Below, in pieces: positions 1-11,200 of a DNA stretch of 64,000 nt; position 1 is the first letter of the stretch, and every line of letters starts with the position of its first letter. The notes below the pieces were generated by a model that searched no databases, was not told where the DNA came from, and was given only the letters and a program-made list of their open reading frames with translations. Origin of the DNA: Stylophora pistillata (lineage: Eukaryota); contig NW_019218325.1 of assembly GCF_002571385.2 (NCBI RefSeq), forward strand, positions 16,642-80,641, given 5' to 3'. The position numbers were made by a program, and so were the translations under genes.

Positions 1-2760
1 CGTGAAATAAAAATGGGCTAAAATTCTGAAATTCTGTACACAGTCCATTACAATCTTACCGGAGAAGTTTCCATTGTGTTCTCTGTGATTTTATTCACCT
101 CCGCAGTTCGCAGTTCTGATCGTTGCCTCTGTTTATGACAAATAGCTCCAGGTCTGTTTCTTTTATATATACTTTCAGTAATCCCTTCCTGTTTGGTCAT
201 ACGTGACCAGTGCGGCACTATCAAACCTCGTTTTGCGCGTCAACAACGATAATGACCTTTTGTTATTTGAATAGCCAAGGCCATTAATGTTAACCTCAGC
301 GACGGAAATGCAAACCTCCTTTATAAACGCTTTTTTTTTTCCAGTCGCCTACACAATTTTATTTCTAAAACGAATCCACGCTTTATGTGTCATACATAGA
401 TTTGTCTTATATTACTCCCGTACACTGGAAATATGTTTGATATCCAATTTTAAACGTCAAATTATTACTCCACGACCATCTTCACAAATTACGATAAAAG
501 TAGACGTGAGGAACTTTATGATAATCACAATAACGAATTACGACAGATGAAACACTTCCTGAGTCAATGTCACAGCCACTTTGTGCGCTCGTGTTTATGC
601 CCAGTCCATATTAATGAACTACGACTTGTTGTGCTGGTGTTTGAGCTAGCGTCGCTAGTGAAAACCAGACTCATTTACATGTCATTGAATAAGAATTGCA
701 TCTATTGTGTTCTGCTTCATTCTTCAAAGCCTCCCGACACATGTAAATGATGTGGACGGGTATTCTGAAGTTGCTCCAACTTGCTATCAGTTGACTGTTG
801 TTAGGTCAGATATATACATTGATCCAACCTTTCCAGTTGGCTTGTTAGCTCAATTGGTAGAGCGCTGCACTAGTATCACAGAGGTCAGAGGTTCGAATCC
901 CGTACAGGCCTGATATTTTTTTCAGGTCTGATTTTCGCTATTGCATAAATAGTGCTATCTACTGCGAGGATCGTGCATCATACGTAAGCTAACTATTGTT
1001 TTAGCACTCACAATTAGGTCACTCCGCAAGTAACTGACTGGCACAAGCGTGAATTAGACGAAACGTGTATCGTAATAAGCGTGAAATAAAAATGGGCTGA
1101 AATTCTGTACACAGTCCATTACAATCTTACCGGAGAAGTTTCCATTGTGTTCTCTGTGATTTTATTCACCTCGGCAGTTCGCAGTTCTGATCGTTGCCTC
1201 TGTTTATGACAAATAGCTCCAGGTCTGTTTCTTTTATATATACTTTCAGTGATCCCTTCCTGTTTGGTCATACGTGACCAGTGCGGCACTATCAAACCTC
1301 GTTTTGCGCGTCAACAACGATAATGACCTTTTGTTATTTGAATAGCCAAGGCCCTTAATGTTAACCTCAGCGGCGTAAATGCAAACTTCCTCTATAAACG
1401 CTTTTTTTTTCAGTCGCCTACACAAAACGAATCCACACTTTATGTGTCATACATAGATTTGTCTTATGTTACTCCCGTACACTGGAAATATGTTTGATAT
1501 CCAATTTTAAGGATGAGTAGACGTGAGGAACTTTATGATAATCACAATGACGAATTACGACAGATGAAACACTTCCTGAGTCAATGTCAAAGCCACTTTG
1601 ATCCTTGTGCGCTCGTGTTTATGCCCAGTCCATATTAATGAACTACGACTTGTTGTGCTGGTGTTTGAGCTAGCGTAGCTAGTGAAAACCAGACTTAACT
1701 TGCTATCAGTTGACTGTTGTTTGGTCAGATCCAAATCTTTTCACTTGCCACATGGACTGTTCTGACAAATGTTAACTCGCCGAGAGAGTCCATAATATAA
1801 CATTAGAATACAAATTGGTCATCTNTGAAAAGTAGTAATCTAATAAGCTGACTATTGTTTTAGCACTCACAATTAGCTTACTCCGGGAGTAACTGACCGA
1901 CACAAGTGTGAATTAGACGAAACATGTATCGTAATAAGCGTGAAATAAAAATGGGCTAAAATTCTGAAATTCTGTACACAGTCCATTACAATCTTACCGG
2001 AGAAGTTTCCATTGTGTTCTCTGTGATTTTATTCACCTCCGCAGTTCGCAGTTCTGATCGTTGCCTCTGTTTATGACAAATAGCTCCAGGTCTGTTTCTT
2101 TTATAAATACTTTCAGTGATCCCTTCCTATTTGGTCATACGTGACCAGTGCGGCACTGTCCAACCTCGATTTACGCGTCAACAACGATAATGACCTTTTG
2201 TTATTTGAATAGTCAAGGCCCTTAATGTTAACCCCAGCGGCGTAAATGCAAACTTCCTCTATAAACGCTTTTTTTTTCAGTCGCCTACACAATTTTATTT
2301 CTGAAACGAATCCACACTTTATGTGTCATACATAGATTTGTCTTATGTTACTCCCGTACACTGGAAATATGTTTGATATCCAATTTTAAACGTCAAATTA
2401 TTACTCCACGACCATCTTCACAAATTACCATTGGCACGTGGTTTAAGGATGAGTAGACGTGAGGAACTTTGTGATAATCACAATGACGAATTACGACAGA
2501 TGAAACACTTCCTGAGTCAATGTCAAAGCCACTTTGATCCTTGTGCGCTCGTGTTTATGCCCAGTCCATATTAATGAACTACGACTTGTTGTGCTGGTGT
2601 TTGAGCTAGCGTCGCTAATGAAAACCAGACTTAACTTGCTATCAGTTGACTGTTGTTTGGTCAGATCCAAATCTTTTCACTTGCCACATGGACTGTTCTG
2701 ACAAATGTTAACTCGCCGAGAGAGTCCATAATATAACATTAGAATACAAATTGGTCATCT
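1..2760. repeat. Three near-identical tandem copies of a ~0.9-1.1 kb non-coding unit (starts near 1, 1080, 1939)
   Basis: cgtgaaataaaaatgggct...tacacagtccattacaatcttaccggagaag recurs at 1, 1080 and 1939. Copies differ by small indels, and a single n at 1825 lies between copies 2 and 3. Confidence 0.95.
839..985 (+). mobile_element. tRNA-Thr(AGT)-derived repeat/SINE (pseudo-tRNA plus 3' structured tail)
   Basis: GGCTTGT TAGCTCAATTGGTAGAGC ... CT AGT AT ... GGTTCGAATCCC GTACAGGCC has A/B boxes but imperfect T and anticodon stems. The same family occurs at 3970-4397 and 52158-52309. Confidence 0.85.
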
Positions 2761-3969
2761 CCTATAAAATAAAAGAAAGCACGATGGAGTTTTGATCGTT
2801 CCTCAATAAAGTTTTCCATAACGTGTGAATTAAAAGCGTGACTTATTGGCGGACCGACGTGACATGCATAACGAAGATATGATACACAATAGCGAAGTTA
2901 TTATGTTACGCAATGTTATTATTTGGCTAAGGAAAAGGCGCCATTAAGACTTTTCTAAATGTAGACTATCTTACCCAAGTAAGGTTTCCTTTTATAACTT
3001 TTTACCAACCCTGACCCTAAATCTAACCCCATGAAAACAAATGAGGGCATGGAAAGTAATTTTGATAGGTGACGACTTAGAAGTCTTCACAAATTCGCGA
3101 TCTTTGCATTTTTAGTATTCACTGAAAATGATTTAACAGCACAACAAAGCGAACCCTCGCCGTAAACATAAAATTTTCCTACAGCTACTCCAATCGGAAA
3201 AAACAAAAACAAGGCAAATAACAATAACATACCAAACAAAAACAAAACGAAAACAAAAAAAAAAAGGAGGCAAACGCGACATTAGCAGCAACAAGAAGCT
3301 GTTAATGAATTGTTCACTCGATATTGCACTCACAGCATCCCGGTGGCGTTAGGAAAACCGAGAATTCTTATTTATATGCAGTGCATTTGAATATGGTCAC
3401 TATCCTGACGACTACACGATAGAAAATTTCAAAAGTTCAAAAGGCGAGCGTTCCTTTTAAGCTTTATCCTTTAGTTTTAGCTCAATTTCATCCTGGAATG
3501 ATTTAACTAATATATTTCAACTGTTCTATGCTAACGTGTGGGGTATTTCCTTGTAACGTTATCAGCAAGTATGAATCACTAACCACAAAGTTATGGGCTT
3601 TTTTAAACATCTCATGTACCACTTCCACACACGTAATTCCATTGACAAGATTTCCATGCTCAAGAGAGTCTCAAATTTCGTCATTAACTTTCCTTTCCAC
3701 TTCCTTTGGAAGGAAATATGTAATTATCGCCGACAGCATTCCAGTGTGGATTACTTCTCTAATCACGTTCTCACAAGCTTATCGAAAAATCTTTCGGTTT
3801 ACAGTCGGCTGACTTCGACCCACAATCGGTCGACTGTCGGCCGACTGACGGTCGACAGGTTTTTTAGAAAGTTGTTTTTCACCCCAATTTCGATCTTCTC
3901 TGAGAACTGAATAAACAACTCATCATATTAATAGATGTCTTGGAGTTTTATCTTGACACATACATACAT

Positions 3970-4397
3970 AGATACAATGAAATATATGAAGTTCATATAT
4001 TTTGAACTGCGGTATTAGATACATATGATGCACGATCCTCGCAGTAGATAGCGCTATTTAAGCAATAGCGAAAATCAGACCTGAAAAAAATCAGGCCTGT
4101 ACGGGATTCGAACCACTGACCTCTGCGATACTAGTGCAGCGCTCTACCAATTGAGCTAACAAGCCAACTGGGAGCAGGCCGTTAAGTTGATTCGTAATAA
4201 ACCCGTGAAAGTGATAAATCAGATACAATGAAATATATGAAGTTCATATATTTTGAACTGCGGTATTAGATACATATGATGCACGATCCTCGCAGTAGAT
4301 AGCGCTATTTAAGCAATAGCGAAAATCAGACCTGAAAAAAATCAGGCCTGTACGGGATTCGAACCACTGACCTCTGCGATACTAGTGCAGCGCTCTA
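3970..4397 (-). repeat. Head-to-tail tandem (251-bp period, ~1.7 copies) of the tRNA-Thr-containing repeat
   Basis: agatacaatgaaatatatgaag starts at 3970 and 4221. The tRNA-like part lies on the minus strand at ~4094-4166; the second copy is cut in the D-arm at 4397. Confidence 0.9.
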
Positions 4398-5292
4398 AGA
4401 AAGTTTGACGAACGAGTGACTGAAATAGGGAGAGAGTTCCAAATTTTAGGACCTTGGTAGAGAATAGTAAACTGTTTGACATTTGTACGGCACAAATGCG
4501 TTCGATAATGACTGGCTGTTCTGGTACCATAGTTGTGAATTTGGCTATTCCTTACAAAAAGATCGAGAATTAAGGGGGGCAATAGGTTATTTTTGAAATA
4601 AAACATAAATTTAGCGATTTGAAACGTATTGACTTGGAAAATATCTAAAATTCCTAGTTTGGAGAATAAAGGGGCAGAGTGGTCTCGATAGTCTGAGTTG
4701 GTGCTAGCCCGCACAGCTCGCTTTTGCAAATAATAAATTCTATTTAAGTTAGATACGTATGTGGACGACCAGATGGAGTTACAATAGATGATATAAGGAT
4801 AATCTAAGGTGTAATACAAAGTGAGTTTGGTTGCAGAGGATAGGGAAAAGCGAGACCTAAATTATAATACCTATTGATTTAGTGATTTGTTTACATACCT
4901 AGCTGATAAAATTATGGTATTTCCAGGTGAGATGATTGTCAATATAGACCCCAAGGAATTTAGTTACATTAGCTTGTTGTAGGGATTTACCTCCAAAGGA
5001 GAGAGAAATGCTAGAGTTAAATTTCTTCTGTCTGGGTTTAAAATCATGTAGTTGGTTTTCTTTATACTAACTGAAAGCTTGTTACATTTTAGCCAAACGT
5101 TAATGTTTTGGAGTTCATCATTAAGTATGGATTCTAAGCAATTTAGATTTGAGTGAGAATAAAAGATACTGGTGTCATCTGCAGCGAAAAAGTAGAGGGT
5201 CTGATAATTCAGAGGCATTAAGAAGGTCATTAATGTATAGAATAAACAATAGTGGGCCTAAAATCGAACCTTGAGGGACACCACACTTGATG
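4398..5292 (-). mobile_element. Non-LTR retrotransposon (CR1/L2-like) reverse transcriptase fragment, frameshifted
   Basis: Minus-strand translation gives CGVPQGSILGPLLFILYIND, a F(A)ADDT motif, WLKCNKLS, LQKRAVR, HSAPLFSKLGIL, HNYGTR and GPKIWNSLP, all typical of LINE RT and C-terminal regions. Confidence 0.92.
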
Positions 5293-5349
5293 GTTTGCAT
5301 CGGAGAGCAAGCTTGATCGAATTGGACAACATAATTGCTGGCAAAATTA

Positions 5350-5985
5350 CCCCTTTTATGAGCTCAACATTAAGAATGGCAATCAATATTTGCTTAACAA
5401 CAGCGTTAGGTTTTGTACTTATCACTACTAGCCTTGTTAGTGTTGACAACATTATACTCACAAACCAGCTGGATGTCAGTAGCAAAGATGTTACAATTAA
5501 CTTCAACTGGAATGCTTGATTTATTGAGAAACCTCAGTAAATTCCTTAAATCCCACATTTAATTGTGTCACTTGATAATGCAGGTGAAGTCTCTCCATTG
5601 TTCATTTCCGGTGTATAACAAGCGATTTACATGTAGTCCCCATTTGCTTTTAACATGTTAAGCAATTATGCCTTTTATGAGCTCAACATTAAGAATGGCA
5701 ATCAATATTTGCTTACAGACGGTGTTAGATTTTGTTTGTATCATCATTAGCCTTTTTACTGGTGACAACATCATACATGTACTCACAAAACAGCAAGATG
5801 GCAGTAGCAAACTGAAGATGTTAAAATTAACTTCAACTGAAACACTCGATTTGTTGTTACTGCCTCAGTAAATTCTTCAAGTTCCACATTTGAAAGTGTT
5901 GTTTGATAATACAGATGACATTTCTCCAGTATTGGTTTCCTGTGTCTAACAAGCCATCTAGTCCCATTTGCTTTTAACACGTCCA
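5350..5985. repeat. Diverged two-copy tandem duplication (~320-bp period), possibly decayed coding sequence
   Basis: ccttttatgagctcaacattaagaatggcaatcaatatttgctta at ~5352 and ~5671; tagtcccatttgcttttaaca at ~5634 and ~5959. Confidence 0.8.
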
Positions 5986-6320
5986 TGGTTATGTACTGAA
6001 GTTGAAACTGTCTGTTTTTCTCCTCCAAAATTCATGTAGCCCAGGAACAATACACAGCCAACAAGTGCCACAGAACCTCCGATCATCATCACTTTGTTCT
6101 AAATTTGAGAACAAAGAATTACAATAAAATTACAAAATGTTTTCCTTCTGGCAATGCTTCTGTCAAAAAAAATGATGGTTGTGTCTTGTTTCCGACAATC
6201 AACTCTAAAAAACTCCAAAAACTCCTTCTTTGCTGTCAATGTCTATGAGACTTAGTTTTCACAACTTTGTGAATTTAAGCAGTCAAACATTTATTTAAAA
6301 AAAATAAGATTTATAGGAAG

Positions 6321-6781
6321 GGGAGATGACAAAACGTGAAGCCCTACTCCATGGAGTACGTTATGGAGTGCCTAAATGGAGTACCCCTAAAAACCATGTA
6401 TTGGTCTAGTAAAATACTTAATAAACATGGTGAATCATTTAGACGTACATATCTTAATGTATTTTGAGTGGGTTTTGTTCATCACATGGAGTTTTTTTAA
6501 TCTTTCTAGTCAAAGGACTCATTATGCATTACACAGCAGAAAAACCAAAATGGAAGAACCAGTAGGACTGAGAGCCCCCTGTCCCCCAAAAAACTGGACT
6601 GCATTGAACTGTGACAATTGGGGAGTCGGCAAGCTCAAAATACCTTAAGATATGTGCTTCTAAATGATCTACCATGTTTATAAAGTATTGCATTTGACCA
6701 ATACTTGATTTTTAGGGGTACTCCATTTAGGTACTCCATAGGATTCTCCCTGGATTAGGGCTCCATGTTTTGTAATCTCCC
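6321..6781. mobile_element. MITE with ~70-bp imperfect terminal inverted repeats
   Basis: gggagatgacaaaacgtgaagccctactccatggag...cctaaatggagtacccctaaaaa versus tttttaggggtactccatttagg...tagggctccatgttttgtaatctccc. Confidence 0.8.
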
Positions 6782-7030
6782 TATGGAAAGTTACCACAAT
6801 GATTGGTAATGCAAAATTTCATTCAAAATTACAGACTTTAATTCTTGGAAAAATTTTAGGTATATTGAGGCAATGAGGCTTCTTTTGTTATCTGAGTGTT
6901 TATAAGGCAGCTACCGGTGCCCCTAAATCAGCCAGAATGTTAATAGTAATGGTAATCAAAGTTTAATGTCTTTACATGGTTACCCATATTGCCCTAGCCA
7001 GAGGCTCATGTATGAAATGGAAGACAACAA

Positions 7031-7311
7031 CCCACCCATCTCACCCCAGGGGAGGACATCCATCACACAGTAATCTTGTGCGTGGGAAATTAACGTCTCC
7101 TACCCCTAACCCTGCAGGAGACGGGACCTCCATTTATTCGTCCCTATCCGAGAAGACTAGAATATCTAAACCATTTCTTGATGTTATAGAAAGGCAGCAT
7201 ATTCTTCTCAATTATTTTAAGACCTTGAGTGTTGGTCTGGCCGGGGCTCGAACCCTCAACCTCCCGCACATCAGTCCAGTGCTCTATCTATTGAGCTAAC
7301 CGAGAGGCGGT
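7031..7311 (-). mobile_element. tRNA-headed SINE (family B)
   Basis: tRNA-like head with A/B boxes followed by a conserved body (ggaccaacactca.ggtcttaaaat...tagtcttctcggatagggacgaataaatgg). Highly similar copies at 14377 and 19302. Confidence 0.88.
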
Positions 7312-8202
7312 TGAAATCAAACCAATGAATCCTTTCACTCCAAAGATCTGATTGTTAATTCTCTCCTCTAGCTGCTAGGTACACATTTCCTCGTATATTA
7401 GTTAAGAGAGTTTTGATGTTGGATCAAGAGCACAACTACCACCTGTTAACTTTGAGTATTCTCATTACCTGTTTGCTGTGTAATGTATGGATATGATAGA
7501 GAGAAGTTACATGTTAATCAGGGTGCTTAATGCAAGTGTTTGTGTAATGGGAATGAGAGTTGCACGGGAGTAGTTGTTTTTAAGTCTAATGAATGAATCA
7601 TAATTCACTGGGCGCCAAAGTGCATTACACAATATGAAATGTTTCGTAGCTCTTCAAAATATTTTAAGATAATATCTACAACTTAATTTATTGGATAACA
7701 CATTGTTAGTTCCATCTACTAACTATGGATAACATGAATCTAAGCCAGGCCGAGAACAACCTGATGTTTCTTGCTTCATTATCAAAACAAATAAAAATGA
7801 GAATAAACCAAGGATACTCACAGGTTTGATAAATAACTCTGGATTGATCAATCGAAATGCTAGTGTAGATTGTCTTGCATTTTTCTTTTCTGGTGAAGAC
7901 CCCATCTTGTTTTTTAGTTTTGTTTTTGTGAAGAACTGGAAACCAATGTTAGTGTCCAGTTTCATTCGACAGAATGTAACACCACGATGGAATGCCTGAT
8001 CATTTTTGCATAATTGCAAGTTTTCTCAGAGATTTAATAGAAAAATTTTATGCTAAAGCTCACCATTGTGGTTTTAAATGAAGTTCACAGCTTATAGGAA
8101 TATTATAAAGCTGCACATGAATATGCAAAGCTTAAAAATATTCGAAAGAATGCCTTGGAGCAAATTAGAAGTTCAACCAAGTCGCTTCCAGGTAGTGTGG
8201 AC

Positions 8203-11200
8203 ATGTCATTGTCAAACTTAGCCAAAGGAAAGACAAAACGTAAGCCAAGCGCATATTTGAGCTTTGACGATGAAGTTGACAGTAGTGATGTTTGTTATAA
8301 TGCACAACAACGAGAACTTTTGGAACTTATCAAAGAGCAAGATGTTAAAGGAGTGAGGGCGTTCTTTGCAAGAGGTCCAACTTTCGAATTAAGCCGACAC
8401 GAAATAGGAAAAGTTGCCCTTCGATTAGCCATTTTCAACGAACGCACGGACATTGCAGAGATCTTGCTCGAAAATGGTGTCCGGATTGGGAATGCTCTTT
8501 TCTCAGCCGTCATCGAGGGTTCCAAAGAATGCGTCGAGCTATTTCTTGACAAGCGCTTCTTTAACAGACTCAAGGGAGATATTGGGCCAACTGATCGCCA
8601 AGATGGATTCTTTATGAGCCCATTGATGTTGGCAGTTCAACTCAAGGATTACGACATTATACAGTACATGGTTGGAGAAGGATTTAGAATTGATCGCCCT
8701 GAAGATGCAGACGCAAGCGAAGACGAGATTCAATTCTTACTGCACATCAATTCTTATCGTGCCCTTGCAAATCCCTTGTACATGGCATATTCTTACCTTT
8801 ACAACCAACAAAGTGAACACCCAATATTTACTGCATTTAACTTGCACGAGACTCTCGATCGTAAAGCCAAAGTTGATCATGAATTCAAGAGAGATTATGG
8901 AGCTTTGTCTAAAGGATGTGAGGAGTTTGCAGTCAGCCTTCTGGAGCAGTGCAGAACAATGGACGAGATAAAGATTTTGACAGATGTGCAGCAAGAAATT
9001 GTACACAAAGACACCAACAAGAGAGAAACTCAGTACACTGAGTTTTGTGAAGAGACAGAAGAGGCCAAAGACCTTGCATTTCTTAACATGGCAATAAGAA
9101 ATAATAACACCAAGGTAAATACTATAAATCTTACAAACATTGTGTATTCAGAGAAAAAATTGCTGAAAATGGATTCATTTTTTTTATCACTTCAGCTTGT
9201 AGCTCATCCATATAGCCAACTCAGACTCAACATAGTCTTACATAATGGAATTTCCCAATTTTTTTGCTGTAAACAAACGTGGAGGAGCTCAAGCCTTTTG
9301 AGTAAAGCTGTCTACAGCATATGCCACACCTTGCTTTTCCCATTTCTGGCAATGATCTACCTTGTTGCGCCAAGTTTATCACTGTCAGTTGGTCTGGCAA
9401 ATCCAGTCGTGAAATTTATCAGCCACACTGGATCCTTTGCAGTTTTTCTTGTTTTGCTCATCTGCTCAGCTTTTCAAGATCAGTTCAACACAGGAATGGA
9501 TGCTCCAAGTATTTTAGGTGAGCCCAAGGTGGGATTCAGAGATGAAATTGTCTTATGCTCTTTTCATTGCAACTACTAGTCTGCTTCAATTATTGTGCAC
9601 TACAAGGAATACAAAGGCCCCCTTATTCTACTATTACCTCTCCTTCTGCATCTCTCCTGTGGTAATATGTAAATGAATAAGAAAATAAAGAAAGAAAGAA
9701 AGAGATAAAGAAATAGATTTGCAAAATCTCTCCTTTATGTTTCCCTCAGTGTCCTTTCTTGATCTCTTGCATTTCTTTAGCTTGCTCCTGAGCCTGAGCT
9801 CTATCTCCCCTGGCACCATTTTATAATATTTGGCCTTCCTTACTGTGAGCCCCTTGCGTGAGTACCCTTAATTCATTGGTACTCTGGGCCTGTTTCATTC
9901 CTGTTACATCCTTTGTGTTTGTCTCCTGCCCTCAATCAGGGCTCGAAATTAATTTTTGGATCACTAACCCTTCGGGTTAGTAGACATCTTTTTTACTAAC
10001 CAAATTATAAGTTTGGTATCCAAGCTCACAAGGTATGATATCTCAAATATTCAACATTTTGATAATAACGACTAGGACAAATTAAAGAGTAGCTGAAAGG
10101 TTGACAATTATGTACGTACTTTATTTCCCTCTCATTTACCATGATTAGTCAAGAACAGTACATCTACAGCAAATTCTCTAAAAAGAGTTTGAGTTGATTT
10201 AACAACTTGAGTATTCTAAGTATTCCTCTGAGAGTCGGGTCTACGTGCTGTTTGTCCCGAAGTCCACCAATGTTTAAATATTTTGGAAAATTTTACTAAC
10301 CATGTCGGGTTAGTTGGACACATTTTTAGTAACCAAACATTGAAAATTACTAACCATTGGTTAACGGGTTACCGTTAATTTCGAGCCCTGTCAATTCTCT
10401 CTTTGTCTTCACTAATCTTTATTTCTTGTGACCTTACAATTTGTTTTTCTTTTGCAGAGTGGTTGGTCTTTTTGTGGGTGGTTGGCCTGGCAGTACAAGA
10501 GCTGAAAGTATTTTACTACCAGGGTGCAAATCTCTACAGACGGCAGTGGTGGAATTTAGTGTCCCTGTTGATGATAACTTTCTTTTTGCTTTCCTACTGC
10601 TTCCAAATAATTGCCTATGGCCTAGTGAGGAGCTGGGCAATCCTTGATCAGTTTGGCAAGTTGGTGTCCTCTCTTGGGTACCAGCCTATTTTGATAGCAA
10701 ACAGTCTATACACAGTGGGCATGGTGCTGAGTTTCTTTCACATCTCCAGTGCTTTCCAAGTAAATGCTACATTTGGTCCCTTGCAGCTGTCCTTGTACAG
10801 ACTGTTCAGAGATGTTCTCAAGTTCTTGGTATTCTTTGCTTTACTTTTTATAGCATTTGGGTTTAGTTTGAGGAAACTGTACTCACAGTATAACAGTGTG
10901 CTGTATCAATTGGCAAAGGTAAATGGAACAAGCCGCCAAGAACACCACTTTGCAAGGTACACAGCACTGGCTCTTTGAAGGATAAGTACACTGAATGCTC
11001 CAGAAATCATTTCTCATTTGCCATTTCACCCCTAAGAGTGCACTCTATAATTTAATTTCTTCCCCACAATATAACCCCTGAATCAAACATAAAGGTCACA
11101 CAAATATAGGAAATAATCACCAACTAATTAAAGAAGCTCTTGATTGTTAAACAAATTCTCCTGGTGAGCACTGTAGGAATATGTATAGAGAAAAACATGG

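Noticed and set aside
839-911. Functional tRNA-Thr(AGT) genes (also 4094-4166 and 52239-52309)
   Set aside because: T-stem mismatches and conserved repeat flanks in several copies indicate a tRNA-derived repeat.
3003-3030. Telomeric repeat or telomerase template
   Set aside because: Only a few degenerate (A)ACCCT-like units.
6976-7299. Short ORFs overlapping SINEs and MITEs (also 14338-14742, 22980-23261, 25108-25447, 33215-33427, 58790-59008, 59455-60169)
   Set aside because: Spurious translations of repeats.
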